Assembly (NCBI GenBank): GCA_012026655.1
Contig: JAAILG010001186.1
Location: 1 to 64,000 of the forward strand
Direction: 5' to 3'
Origin: Hydrolagus affinis
Taxonomy: Eukaryota
Length of the DNA stretch: 64,000 nucleotides
The notes under the pieces were generated by a model. The model did not search any database, was not told where the DNA came from, and saw nothing but the letters and a program-made list of their open reading frames with translations. Both the position numbers and the translations under genes were made by a program. Positions 37,001 to 51,399 of the stretch are shown here, piece by piece (position 1 is the first letter of the stretch; every line of letters starts with the position of its first letter).

Positions 37001-40000
37001 TTCAAAGCAGGTCAACATCGGGTCTTATTTTAATGACAGATTGGAAGAATTTAGAAACATCTGAAAAACGTCTGTAAGAATTCCAGTGGTAATCTTCAAA
37101 GTTTTTGCAAGATTTAGAAAAACATGTGAAAATAGACCAAGGAAAAAACCCACAAGAAATATATTCACTTCTAAAGACAAAGAGAGATTTAATGTACCTT
37201 CCATGATTAGTTGTATCTGGCAGCTACACACAAAATGACCAGTATTTCTAATGTTTGGATGCCACACACGTTGAAGCATTAACTGCAAGATCTGGTCACC
37301 TTGGCATTATGAAGAATAATGTACCCAAAATGGACAACTTTAACAATGGCCAAATTCATATATGAAACCAAGTAGGTAAATTCAGGATTATACTCCTCTT
37401 GTAAAGTGACAGAAATGCAACCCATCACCTACACTGTCCCCCCACCTGTGCCAAAAGGTGTTGATCATTGTAAAATACTATAATAATACATTTTACTAGT
37501 ATATCTTGTAGTTTTACGGTAAATAATTGCAGGGTGCTATAACTTTGATATAAACAGGTATATCATATTGCACCATTGATAATTTCTATAATTATCTACA
37601 CTTTCCGATCATCAGGTATTATAAAGCAGCCCACAAGAGCAAATCGTGATCCATTCTTGAGCATTTATTTATTTTGTAAATGTAACTGGCGATCTAAAAT
37701 TTTTACTTCATATCTGGTTTGAAATCCAGAAAATGAATCCAAGAGGCAGATGAACAGAAGAACAGAGCTCACAATTATTTTTTTTCCAACAGACCAGGTC
37801 GATTTAATCTTTAATAAAGTCAACAAACAAGGCTCGCAGTTTGTGATCATCCAATAATGTGGGAAGGCTCAAGGCAATTGTGAACAATTAATACCATTGA
37901 AATTGCTGCATTTCAGAAATCTATTTAAACACTTCAATCATACTTTTGGGGGTTTCCTAAACAGTGCAACTTTTAACATACCCTTACAATCCGCCAATCC
38001 TGTCTAAAACAGTTTGTAAGGTAGCCTGCCACAAACATACCAATTTGTTCCATTTTTTTCATGTGTCATCAACATGCTGAAATGTGTCTGGAAGAGAAAA
38101 TGTAAATTTCATTCCTGAAGTGATAATTTTAGCAAATGGCTGTGATGCTAAGTTACAAACATATAAGGCAATTGAAGGAAGTATCCCCACAAGTTATCCT
38201 TATTTTTTAACTAAGCAAAAAGGAATACTTGAAAATTTCTACACATGACTCTGATTGCAGGTTAGAAAACTACATTAGGATATGGCGCCTCAAGAAATTA
38301 GTTGAAGTAATCATTCTGGTAAATATTCAGTATTTAGTAGCACAGTAAACATTTGTCTCAATAAATAAACACAGGAAGATCTAAATACTAGATTTAACCC
38401 ATCTTTGCACTGTATTATTTACTACCTTCCTTTCAGCTTCAATGATAGCAAGTGAGCTCTTGTTTTCCAATGTACTATCCTCCAGGTGAATGGCTTTTAT
38501 GTAAATGTTTCTGAATTACTGAACCTATATTTATTAAAAAAATATTATACTCTTTGGGTATATTTACAGTAATGGTGAACATTCTATCTTATTCTGGTAG
38601 AACAATTGATTGTCCCACACGACAACTGAAGGGCAACAATCTAAGGCCTGAAAGAAAGCTTTCATAGAATGGAGTTTAAAATGCTTGTCCTGGTCTTAAA
38701 ATCCATTCATTCCTATCTTTGCAATCTTTTATTGCCCTGTATTTCAGCCCACTCTTCCATTTCTAGTGTGTTGTCCGCTCCTTACTCTCCATTTATTGGT
38801 TGTCAAGACTTCAGTGACCGCACCACAGTCCTTTGAAACTTACCTTACTACCTCATTCCCAGCGAGAAATGCATGTCCCACAATGTTGCCTGTGTTATGT
38901 TCTCCTCTCCCAATGTAAGGAGATTGTGGAGGTTTGATCAAATGGTTGGTAAACTAAGAGAACAGGCTGAATAATTTGAATGGAATATTAAGAATTATCT
39001 TCCTGAAGACTATCCATTATTTTCTATTTGTAGAGATCATTATTACTAAATACACTCACTTTCGCATATATCTCAGAACCATCTTGTTCGAGTTACAAAA
39101 TCATGTGCTCTGTACCTAAATGTCTGCAACGACATGATAAAGTGCAATATCAAATTCAAAACTTATTATTATTAAAAGGAGAATGGCATTTTTGTAAAAA
39201 TGAGCAATTAGTTCTCGATTATGCAACAATTGCTTTGCTTGTAATCCTCCCCTCCCCCTATGTGCAAACTGATTTATTTTGAGATACCTATAATGAGTCG
39301 ACTTTCAATCTGCAAATGAACATCCCTGATTAGAATAAAAACATGCATATGTCATATGACCAATTCCCTGCAGTCTTGAAAAAGATAGATGGCAAGTTAG
39401 TTCTTTGCTGATGTTATGTAAGGAAACCAATCACACAGTAATCAAGGAAAGGGTATGAGCACCAAACAAAATTTTGCGTCTGATGTGTTCCAGCTGACTG
39501 GGTAGACTGAGCAGTGAATGTGCAAGGTAGAGAGGAAGGTGGGATTTGAAGAGTTCTTCACACATATTCGAAAGGTGGATTAAGGTGCGTTGCTGTTCAC
39601 CCATAAAAGCTGATGCAGATGCAGTGTACTCTATTGGTGTGGCCAATTCTGTCAATCCTTACTAATGGCAACCTTCAAATTTGCAAAGCTAAAAAAAAGA
39701 ACAAAGACTCTCGTCATAATAGTTGAGAGCATATTCTCCTTTTCCAAGTGATTAATGGTTCCTCTCATTTCAATACAGCTTCTGTAAAAGTAAAACACCT
39801 GCAGTTATAAGCTCCTTTCAGCTCATTCCCATGATGCATTTTATGCCTGATCACAGCACGAAGGTCAAATACCACATCTGGAAACCTTCTCATCATCTCC
39901 TCTTGTGGAGGCAGTCAAGTGTAGGTTGTCAGTTCCACCTGTTCTGACAGGTTTAACCTGCCTGACCTGCAGCTAGCCCTCGGGGACATTAATTATAGAA

Positions 40001-40865
40001 AAGCCCGAGATGTTGGAAAACAAGGCCAAGCTGGATGTTGTTACAGTCCTTGTCACCTACTAATCACGTCCTGTGACATAGGGCTTTGGATAGTCAGACT
40101 TCTCATTAATCATCTGGCCTTAAACTTAAACGCTTTTTCTGCTAGATTAAAGCTCCAGACCATTTCTGTCCACTCCACCTGGCATTTAGAGCCTAATAAG
40201 TTCTCCGCTCTATAATTTAAGTCCCCTCGAGGCTTGTAAAACCTATTCATTTACAATGGCCTTGGTTCGCAATAGCTTGCTGACTCAGATACTCTGAAAT
40301 TCTGCAAATAAAACTGTTCAGTAACTTCAAAGAAAGTGACTGATAGAATCATTCTTATATTGTAACTCATTTTGAAAGCAAATTCAATATGTTGTTTACT
40401 TTGGTAGTGCAGAGCAATTATGGGAAACAAGTTTAATATTTGCACTTAAAACCATGAAGCACAAATATTTCAACAGCAACTAAATCATCTGTCATCCTGT
40501 CAAGACGAAAGCCAAAGCTTTCAACAACTGAGTCCAGACTGGTACCTGCCAGAACTTGACCTACCAGCTAGGGACAAAACAAGTTAAAGCACCAGTTTAA
40601 ACCTTCCTATCGACTCCAGCTTTGCCAGGTTAGTAAGCAATAAGTATTCACTAAATGCATCTGAACAGGCCCACAACAATATCTGTCTTGCTGCACAAAG
40701 ACCAGCGAAGGGCTACTTTTTCTGTTGGCTGTATTTATTTCTATTCACAGATCCTCTGTTGCTGGCCTGGACTGACAGTGGGTGGAAATGCTATCTTTCA
40801 TTACACAAAGTATAAATAGTGTAATCTATCAACACTGTCAATCAAGATGATTGATTACATGCTGT

Positions 40866-41077
40866 NNNNNNNNNNNNNNNNNNNNNNNNNNNNNNNNNNN
40901 NNNNNNNNNNNNNNNNNNNNNNNNNNNNNNNNNNNNNNNNNNNNNNNNNNNNNNNNNNNNNNNNNNNNNNNNNNNNNNNNNNNNNNNNNNNNNNNNNNNN
41001 NNNNNNNNNNNNNNNNNNNNNNNNNNNNNNNNNNNNNNNNNNNNNNNNNNNNNNNNNNNNNNNNNNNNNNNNNNNNN
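40866..41077. other. Assembly gap (212 N)
   Basis: Run of N. Confidence 1.
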
Positions 41078-42007
41078 CAAGTCTGACAGGCCCAAACCAC
41101 AATGAGTCTTTGTGTAAGCACATACTCAATGAGGGACTTTCAGTTTTCTCTTTCTTTTTTTGTAGTAGACTGCAAAAGAAGCAACTATTCTTTCAACTAC
41201 ACATAATAAAGCAACACTATGAACTGTGAACTCCCTCCTACCAAATTCAGGGAGAAAAAACATTTTACACGAAGCTGTTCAGAATCCAATGCCCTGGATC
41301 TGTCAGATGAGCAAATACCTTCAAAGGGTTTGAGGTGTGATAGAAAGCGGCAAAAGCATTAGCGCAGAGGCAATGGTTGCAGATAGTACTGCTCTCTGTC
41401 AACAATACCCTCAGGCAAAATGTACCACAAACATTAACAGAGTAATTTAATATGGAGACTGCTGGCATTCCAAAGTTGAAAGTTCCTGTTAGGTTTATGA
41501 GCAGCTGGAACTTTCCAGATCATGCACGAAAGATGGAATTACAGTCTGCGGCTCGCAGGCCAAGACAGGGACTGAACGTAATGAAGTGAGAAGTGCTAGC
41601 ACCATTGCATTGCTGACAGTTCAATGATTTTACATACAGACAGGACCCCCAAGAATGCAGGTTAAAAATAAAAGCTAACAAAAGACATCCAAAATTTCAA
41701 ACCTTATAAAATATTTCCTACTGTGTTCAATGAACAGGCACGTGTAGAATATAACTTGTTTGGATCATTGGCAATTTTAGGTGCCTTTCAATAAAGGCTG
41801 CAAAAGAGTGGAGAGATTATTTATTATGTTGTGCTTAATTCAGAGGGATGTAAGGTTCCAAACAAAACCACGGTTTACGATTGAATAGATCTGACCGCAA
41901 AGAATGTCGCAGGGATGTAGCCCGATAATGTTCTGTGCTTGGGCTTTCTGTCTGTTATCCAGCTGCCAGAGTTGTCCAGAAATGCCACTTTAATACAATA
42001 ATGATAC

Positions 42008-42695
42008 TGTACTTGCTTTTTATATAGAGCTCTAACACATGGTTGAAATGTCTCAAAGTCCTTCACAGAACTTTTACTGTAAAGTGTAGGTACTGTGTAA
42101 TTGTAGGCGAACTAGCCAGCTGATTGTTGGCCAGGACCTTTGCACACATTTTGCATTGTGACATGGAATCTGTACAGGCAGACAAGACCTCACCTCAATT
42201 GAACAATTTACAAAATAAATAAATAATAATCCTTGCATTTGATACAACGCTTTTCAGGTCTAGGCATCCCAAAGTGCTTCACTGAATATACTGTGATGTG
42301 AATTGACTGTTAGTTTGTGGGCAAAATGCAGCAGCCAATTGAGCACAGCAGTGTCTTACAAACAGTCGTGGACTGAAGTGACCAATTTATTATTGGGTTT
42401 TTTTCTTGAGGGATTATTATTGAGGTATGCAGAGTAAGAAAACTTGCCCAAAGTTTTGCCTTGCTGGGAATCAAACCCAAGTTTCACGCTTGCAAGGTAA
42501 GTGTTCTAACCACTGAGCTACAAAAACTCCACCACTAAGCTGCAGGACTCCACAATGGGACCTCTGACAATGCAGCATTCCCCAGCATTGAGTTTCAGCC
42601 TTAGATTATGAGTAATGAGTTCAAAGTCTTGGTAGGAGGCTAGAACCTGCAACCTTCTGATTTAGAGGCAAGCATGCTAATAACTGAGCCAAGTT
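42008..42695 (-). mobile_element. Old DeuSINE interrupted by a younger SINE
   Basis: 3' part at 42008-42205; 5' tRNA-like part at 42555-42695 (CCTCTGACAATGCAGCATTCC...AACCTTCTGATTTAGAGGCAAG...AACTGAGCCA). Confidence 0.65.
42220..42552 (-). mobile_element. tRNA-derived SINE, full length, with duplicated 5' end
   Basis: Complete body; the head ends ACCACTGAGCTACAAAAACTCC-ACCACTAAGCTGCAGGACTCC. Confidence 0.9.
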
Positions 42696-43424
42696 GACTC
42701 ATAACTTCTACATGAATCAAACAGCTACTTGGACACAATGTTTGTAATTATTAAAGAGTATAAGTAATGCCCATTGTGCTATCTTTTAAACGTTTCTGTA
42801 TGTCATACTCTTACCTGCCATTTAAGCCTTTCAACTTTGGTTATGTTGATGAAAAAAATGTTTGGATGTGTTGAAACTCTAAAAACTAAATACTGCATAA
42901 CCAATATTCATAGCTTCTTTACAGGAGAAACTATTCTAACTGTAAAGAAGCAACCCTTTCCAGTAAAACATGCTCCCTCAGCTAATACTATTTCAATCCT
43001 GACCCAAGGTTGCCATGCTGTAATCCCTCCCTCTTCCTATTCATAGGAACACAGCAATGTACACAACATTGCTGGAAAATCCATTTGAAATGTGAGCATG
43101 TATATATAATCTCTCTCTCTCACTATATATGTGTATATATATATTTACACATTACTCTATGTGTGTATATAGATGTGTGTATATAAAATAAATAAAACAC
43201 TATTTTCAGTCACATTCCTCAAACCGATTTATTCACTGAATAATTCTTATTCCCTCTCTATTTCATGAATTGACCACACAATTCCTTCAATATATTTATC
43301 TCTGAATCTAATAACACTGAATCTTTCCAGTGAACACTATATTTTTGCTGTATATATCACTAGTCTAGAGAACCTCAGAAACGGAAGAAAACAAAGAAAA
43401 TGTAAGCTGCAAAAGTCATACTCA

Positions 43425-43905
43425 AGCAGTACTGTGCTCTGGGCAGGCCACACCTACAATGTGTACTGTATTTAGGTCTTGTTGCTCTGACTTATGGTGG
43501 CTATCCAGATCCTAGAGGCAGTACAGAGGAGAGCCACAAGCATAATTACCAGGGTCAGTGGAATTAGTTATGATCGACAATTAGCTAAGCTAGGGATCTA
43601 CAGTCTTCTAAGGAGATGTTTCAAAGAGAATCGTATAGAGTTATATAAGATTTTAAGTGGGGCAGAGAAAGTGAACCCAAATGTCAGAACATAAGTGTAG
43701 AGTTGCAAAGGCTAATTTCAGGACAGACTACAGGAAATGTTTCTTTACCCAGAGAGTAATTAACAACTGGAACAGGTGATTGAACCAAGACGCTGTACTC
43801 GTTTAAAAAACAGCAAAATGCTTTGATCGGAGGATCATAGGGTGGGTATTTTGGAAGGGTAAGATCAAATGGACTTCTGCATCCAAACCTCTCTTTGTGA
43901 TCTTA
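43425..43905 (+). mobile_element. CR1 LINE 3' portion
   Basis: ILEAVQRRATSII..V.GISY..QLAKLGIYSL.RR...IELYKILSG, then FFTQRVINNWN (CR1 ORF2 C-terminus). Confidence 0.85.
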
Positions 43906-45377
43906 CGAAAACAGATTGGGGAGTGAACCTGGGACACTTTAGATCTCTTTGGCTCTGATAGATTTACTAGCTGAGGGGTCAGAGGGACTTTAGAACACTC
44001 ATTTAAACTCTCTTGAAGATCTTTAGAATGGTCCTACAACACTTATGTTGAAATTTACCTTCACAAAAGTTACCTGTTCTCTACAAGTTCATTTTCGTCA
44101 CATTGGCTAACCTGCCTCTATAATGAACAGAGTAAATGACACACAAAGGCATCAAAGTTCAGCAACTGTTATGCTGGACACAATAATCTTTTGCCATGGT
44201 TATTGCCCACAGAATAAACTCATTATGCAATCTAGTCTTAAAAATAATAAACTTTAGAAATGAATTAACTTCAACATACACAACAGGATTAAAGGTTTAC
44301 TGGAAAAATACAGCAGTCAGACTTGCCTAGCTCACTCACTTTTCAATCTGTGAGTTATGCATTTGATGTTTGTTTCCCCAATACCACATCCTGTTACCAA
44401 CTTTCTGTGTAACATGCTGCCAAGTATCCATTACATCTGTTTTATATGCCAATTCAAGGTTTGAATGTACTGAAATTGAGCAACTGTTTCTGGCATTCCA
44501 GGTATTTATTCATCAATCTTTTATTTTGATTTAAAAATAGTATTGATGCTATTTTGCTTTTCTCTTTGAGTAACCAGTTCTGTTGACTGTCTCAAATTGT
44601 TAGAAGTTCTGAAATACACTTAAGGTTTTACAAGATGCAGTAACAATTTAGCAACCTCTTTTTTAATATAACGCATCCTGGTGAAACCTAATCAGGACAG
44701 TGTCATAATAAAATATAAAGGCTGACATGGTAAAAGGTCTTGTTGTAAATCATATAAGGAGTGAATTTATTCACTCCTTTGTTAAGGCTGGGATGTACCG
44801 CATTTTAAACCTCTGGTGGTTTGTTGGCATGAAACTTCAGAGCTTTATGTATACACAGCAATAAGTCAATAGTAAGCTATTTTAAAATAACTACAATACT
44901 GTATTTACAAGTCAAGCTCACAGAGGAAATAGCACATGTACTGTGCAATATTTTGCTGAATTATTAAATACTCTGCTTTAACAAAGGGCAAATTAATCAA
45001 TCACAGTTACAATAGGGGAAATAAAAGACTGGGATTCTTTCACAGGAAGCAAATGCAACATCTGTTACTGTGCTTACAATACAACTTTTAATCCAGAATG
45101 AATCTAACGTAAAACAGCATCACATAGTGGGTGCATTGCACCACAGGGAAGCATAGTCTTGTCACAGTGTTACCTTCTCTATTGGAACTATGTGCTCTCA
45201 TCCCAAAGAATCATAGGACGGACAACTAATGCAAACTTGTTCAATTGTACAGATACAGCAGAGTATACTCAGCACTAGGGTAGGAGAGCATGGAACAAAA
45301 CCAGCAAATTCAATCCAGGTGCAAAAGATCCAATCTCAGAATCAGTTCCTACTATTAGTAGCAGGTTGTAATGATGT

Positions 45378-45595
45378 AACAACAACAATTTACATTTATA
45401 TAGCATCTGTCACATAGGGATCATGTCTCAAAGTGCTTTAAAAAGATAAGAGTGAGAACCTGAAGTAAAGAAGGTTAGTCATCTAAGGTACAGTCAGATT
45501 TTTTTTGACAGGTTTTAAAAGAGAGGAAGCGGGTGAGTTAAAGGGATTTCTAAACAAAATCCAGGGGGTGGGAGGCAAAGTAACTAGAAGATGAC
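45378..45595 (-). mobile_element. L2 LINE 3' end, decayed
   Basis: AACAACAACAATTTACATTTATATAGCA...TCTCAAAGTGCTTTA. Confidence 0.55.
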
Positions 45596-46617
45596 CTATA
45601 AGAGTCAGAAAGGTAACAATCTGCGTATTAATTACCAAACAAGATTTTACAAAGTTAAATTCACCAGAATGAATTGATCCGTTGAGTCATCTGAGCAAAT
45701 TTATATGGAAAACATCAATATATGTGCCAAGCTGAATTTAGAAGATTTCAGACTGAAACAACCATGGAGCAGGTTTCCAAAGTCAACTTGTATCAAACTC
45801 ATATATGCCAATTTCTCTGCAGTTTCTCATAATGATTAAATGTCTACATGAAAGTATTCAACCTTGGGAGTACACAGTAGTAGGGGATTCCATGCTGGCA
45901 GGCAGACACAGGGTGCTGCAAATTCTGTGTAATATAATCTTAACATAGACCTGTCAAGCCTCAATCATTGAGGTTTAAAAATATAGTCTATTTTGTGCTG
46001 CAAAATAAACTGAGCACGGTATGTTTAAAAGGGGTAAGCGATCTGCCTTGTACATTTGTATCATAAATCTCATTCCCTCAAAGGGCTACCTCTTGACGTG
46101 TCAGTGAACACCAGTAAAGGAAACTTGTGTTGGTGTGCGGAGCAAACACTGGAGGCACATATCAAACACTAATCTGTCTGAATGGCTATGATTCTTAGTA
46201 CTGTATCAAGTAGAACATAAAGATTACAACTTAACTGAACTACATTTTTTTTTAAAAAAACAACGTTTCTCAAACATACTGGATATGCAACGCATCGCAG
46301 ATGACATAGCTTTGATCTTAATAGTCACGCTTGCAGTGAATGAAGCTTAAGTTCATGTGCTACGGAGTCACTACATGCCTCATTATTGTTTACGAAAAGC
46401 AAACTGTTCAAAATCACTTCTGAAGCACTTTTTAAATTATAACTACAGTGAATGGATATATGCTATATGTTATTTCTAAACCTAATACAGTAATATTTGA
46501 AGGATTTGTATAGCCAGCAGTATAGTACAACAACAACTTTGATTTATATAGTGCCCTCCACGCCGGACGGCGTCTCAAGAGTGCTTTTCACACAGTAGTG
46601 TGAAGCCTACTAATTGT

Positions 46618-46785
46618 GGAGTCCTCTAGCTCAGTCCTGTACTTCAGTGATTAGAGCACTCGCCTTACAAGCAAGAGACCTGGATTTAATTCCAGGCAGG
46701 GTGAAACCTTGGGCAAGTTTCCTTACTCCAAGCGCTTAATAATAATCCCTCAAAAAAATAATAATTTGGTCATTTCAATCCACGC
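46618..46785 (+). mobile_element. tRNA-SINE 5' half
   Basis: GGAGTCCTCTAGCTCAG...TTAGAGCACTCGCCTTACAAGCAAGAGACCTGG...GAAACCTTGGGCAAGTTTCCTTACTCC; an opposite-strand L2 tail precedes it at about 46528-46590. Confidence 0.85.
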
Positions 46786-49700
46786 CTTAGATCCCTGCCT
46801 TACATCAGCAAGTTCAACATGGTCTGGGATTCTAAACAGCAAACTCCCATCTTCAGCTCCCTCCATACCATTGGGACAGCCCTGAGGAACTAATATTTAT
46901 ATATAATTGGAATGAGCTCCTATAAACCCAATTCATCAGAGCAATACCAATATGAATAAGTATTACAATAATGCAAGTCATGACTGATTTTACAGGTTTC
47001 TTATGGCTGGGTCTTACTTCTGATGGGAGTCAATGAGGCTATGCCTATATCAGTATGACTATGCAACAAAATCCTTTATTCAGTTGTAGTTGCTGCACAT
47101 TAAAAGGCACAAGGGACGGAATCCCTTACTAAGCACAGCAAATTTATGCGGCACCAACCTTAATGATTTTCTTCATAGATTCAAGCCTTTGTTATATAAT
47201 ATCCCTCCAATTTTCATTCATATGGATCCAAACAGCCAGTTGTTTTGTCTGGTATCAATCCCAATTACTGAACTGTATGCAGACATTATATAGTATCACG
47301 TTCCAAAAGTTTTATAACATTTTTATTAGCTGCATGAAACACGTCTGTGGTCGGTATCCTTCGAGTGTATCTAATGGCCTATTTATACTGCGCTTTTCGC
47401 ACCAATTTGACATGAAAATGTCAGTGAATCAACACTAAAACACAGCATAAATCTAGTTCAAAGTTCGTGATCTGGAAGCAAATTGCACTAACTCCAGAAA
47501 CACTTTGAAGTGGTTTTGAAGGGAAACGATTCAGAGATAAATTTCAAAATCATTCAATCTTTGCTCTAGAAATGCCCGCCAAAATATTCTTCCTTGCTGT
47601 TACATAATTTTATATCGTTTAAGAGACAATCATTTTCCTGGTTCTTCAATTGCAATTTCGGAACCATTTACCAGAGTCCAGAACCTGCCCTGATTTCTCC
47701 TCAGTTTCCATTGAATGCAGTATCTTCTTGCTCTTTGGGACTTCATGATTTCATGTTGGTCCAACAATATCAATGGGGCAAATGAGATATATTTACACTG
47801 GTGTTTCTTATCGAAACACAAGTGACAACAACAACAATAGTTATTTTGTCAAAAGTTTCAAAACTTTTTGGAAAATCTTTTGATCACTTTTTCTCAGTCT
47901 TGTAAATGGCAATACTTGCGGACATCAGCACTTCTCGCATTCAAGAAGTGGCGACAAAGTAAATCCTGTTACCAATCGGTGTGGCATTCCTGAGCCAACA
48001 GTAGCACTAGGTTATATTGTCAAGAACATAGTCTCAAGGGCTGACAGCTGCCTGGAACAGACAATCTTGTTGCCATGACAACTTTTAGATTATGCAGAAA
48101 ATCAAGATAAATCAGAATGCTCAGTTCTAAACAAAACTTAAAAAAGGAATACCCCAGGATCGAGTCCAATTGGAGTCGACTTTAAATCTCTGCCAAGGCT
48201 GATGAGTTTCCAGTAAGCATTTGGGATAAAGCAAACAAACAGAAGTTTTACTGAGTGCCTTTGCTTCATTCCAGCCTCAGAGACAGCCAGAAAGGAAGAC
48301 GAAGCTTATTGATACTTAGAAGGTGCTGGTAGGTTTGCACCCCATATGCTAGCTTTACATTGCCACCACACCTCCAAATGGGAGCTGGGGCGGATGTTTA
48401 CAGTGCAGTGACATTTCTTGCATGCGCGTTTACTGCTCACGGGGTAAGTGCTTCAAAGCCCCCCACCGTAACCATCAGAAACTTCCTTTTTATGATATCC
48501 ACTACATAAATAACCATATAAGAAGAGTACAGGAATTGTGTAAACATTTATTACTGCATGGTGCCAATCCAGCTAAGAACAACATGGATTGAAACACTGC
48601 CCCTATATCTGATAAAAGGCAACACAGATGGTTGTGCCTGATTATTGGCTGGCATAGCTCACAACTGTTTTTCCAGTCCCACTATGATTATTTGGTTAGT
48701 AGAGATCTTGAAAATAAAGTTCTAGTGTTTTTTTTCATGGTGGTGTGAGGGGTGTGATAACATCACACAACTTAGGTGATGACTTGTGCAAAGCATCAGT
48801 ACATCTGATCGTGGAGGCAACGAAAGAGCCAACTCTAAAGTAGGTTCTGCCAAGTTTGGCGAGCGGATATCAGGCTATTTTTCTTTACGAGTTGTTGCTT
48901 GCAGAGATTAGTTTGCCTCTGTGGGTGACACGCAATATAAAAGTGGTATAAATCTCTCATTTCCCTGCACTGTGTGTGTACCACTACATTTGTCAAGCGT
49001 TCCAAAATGTTCTTTTCCAAGAAAGCTGCTATATAAATACAAGTTGTTGTTGTAATTTCTGTGAAGACAAAGATAACATGTTCCTCCCTGCAGCGTACTT
49101 ATTAAATAAAACCGTTCTGACATCCAGCAGCCTGAAATGATGATGCTAATAAATCTTCAGTTGAAATAGTGGTGCATGACTTTGTTTTAAATAGCGCAAC
49201 TGATGATGAATAGTTCTAAGTTTTAATAAATATCTTTATTTTAAGTCACACTCACACACTATTTTTTTGCAGCAGATCTTCAACTGCACATCACTCACTC
49301 ACCTCCCAGCTGATGAGGTCCAAGGTTCAACTCATTTTAATCTGAATGAAACTAAGTGACAAAATTGATTGGTTTCTGTGCAACAAAATAATCGTAAAAC
49401 CTAGAACAGAATTTAAGATTGTTTGTGTTAAGTTGCATTCCTTGGATATAATCAATACTTAAGGAAGCCTGTAATTCTCATCAACTCTTGATTCACATTG
49501 TAAGGTTACGTTCCCTTTCACTGTAATAAGGTACAACTTTGTAATACTGTATTGGTTGGAAGACTTCCATGCCATAGTAATATCTCAGAAATAACCTTGA
49601 ATTCTTCACGACTGCTAGGAAGGATTAATTATAATGGCTGTTCATTTAATTTGGAATGATTGCATCATTAAATGGAAACAGTGGACTCTAAACTAGGCAT

Positions 49701-50429
49701 AAATATAAATGGAGATATGCTTTTTACAAGGAGTTCTGTGTTGACAGGCACATTTTATGCTTTATATTTTATGCATCTTGTGAGTAAGAAAAAGAACATT
49801 AATATTCTGTTACAACATCATGAAGTTCTGTACATGCAACCAATTAAGTTCTTTGGACTCTTAACTTGTTTCCAAATAATTCATAGCAGAAACCTAAAAC
49901 AGATAACTTATTGTAAAATGCAAGGAACAAATACAATTCTGGTTAAAGAAAAAAACGTGGAATCAAAATAAAACAGCATTACTTTATACTACTGTGATAA
50001 TTTGTAAAACGTTTATGACTTGCACAGAGTTCCAATTTTCATGGTCAGGGTAGTTCTAGATGGATAACCATCAAGAAGCTTGCCAGAGAGTGCTCTCAAT
50101 GACAAGTTACGCTGTGGTTTTAGCTGATTAAACTCCAGCAGTACCCAACCCATACCTTGGGATCCCCAAACATTGGCTCTCGCCAGCTAACACTCTCCAA
50201 AATTAAGTGAGCAGGGTGCAACCCTCTGGGGAGGGAGTGCATATTCCATTCCCTCTACAGAGAATTTTCCGGATATATACAGATGACCAGCACCTTGGGG
50301 CGTCCTTCTGCCGTAAAAAGCACTCTATAAATGTAATTTTGCTTGTTTTTATTGACTAAAATAAATGATGCTGACTGGTGAATGCAGAACATTTTGTGCT
50401 ATTCAGACCTTTAAAATGTTCTTTAAATC

Positions 50430-50860
50430 GACTGGAGATGGCTCAAACAGTGATGAGGATGATTAAGCAATTGAGAGCTCTCAAGTTATGAGAAGCTGAC
50501 AGAATTGAAATTGTTTTCATTGGAGAAACAAAGGCGGAGAGGACATAATCTAGATTTTCAAAATGCCACGCCACGAGGCTTAAACAACACCAACAACAAC
50601 AACAACAAAAACAAAATTACATTTGTATAGCGCCTTTCATGCCAGGAGGACAATCAAACAATGTTGATGGCAGAAAGTTATTTAAACAATGAGTGCAAAC
50701 CCTGAGGGATTGAGTGGTTATTAATATGTTTTATGCCAGAGGAAAGATAAAATTAGCCGTTTTCCCCAACGGAAACCCAACATTTGTATGTGGCAGTAAG
50801 AACTGTTGAGAGCATGGTTCAAATCCAAAAAGTTTAATAACAATAAATGAATTAAAGTAA
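50430..50860 (+). mobile_element. Old CR1 fragment interrupted by an L2 tail at about 50583-50650
   Basis: Decayed LE..Q...RMI..L..SYE..L.LFSLEKQRRRG...FK motif; a (CAA)n-AATTACATTTGTATAGCGCCTTTCA insert. Confidence 0.5.
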
Positions 50861-50974
50861 TTTTGGACGGTTAAAATCCCAGGTTAACCTAAATTATCCT
50901 AAATCCTTTGCAGATTTGGCTGTTCAAATTTATAGTCATGTCCCAAACCAAGAGGTGAATACAATGTCTATAAT

Positions 50975-51210
50975 ACTAATCATCATCATCAAAACATCTC
51001 AAAGCTTCACAGGATTTAGTGCAGTGTATTACTGTATTGGGTGAATGCAGCAACCAATTTATGTATAATATTGTTCCACAAACATTCATGAAGTAAATGG
51101 ATGATTGTTGACCGGTGAGAAACTCTTGTCTCTTTTCAAACAGTGCCATGGGATCTTTAACATCCACCTGAACAGGCAGATGGGACCTCAGTTTAATATC
51201 TGAAGGGATG
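50975..51210 (-). mobile_element. DeuSINE fragment
   Basis: AGTGCCATGGGATCTTTAACATCCACCTGAACAGGCAGATGGGACCTCAGTTTAA is the Deu-domain core. Confidence 0.8.
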
Positions 51211-51399
51211 GATTGAAACAACAACAATCTATTCTACTGCTGATAAGCAGAAACAGAATCAAAATTGCTTTTTGTGAGTGAAAGTTGGTTTTGGGGAACA
51301 AAAGGAGCACTTATCTCTCTCAAGTGTTGTGTGAATGACAAACTGATACACATTTAAACTTAAATTTAACACAATGAACACACATGTTCCCATTACTAC

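Noticed and set aside
40838-41129. Several ORFs spanning the second gap
   Set aside because: Artefacts of the N run.
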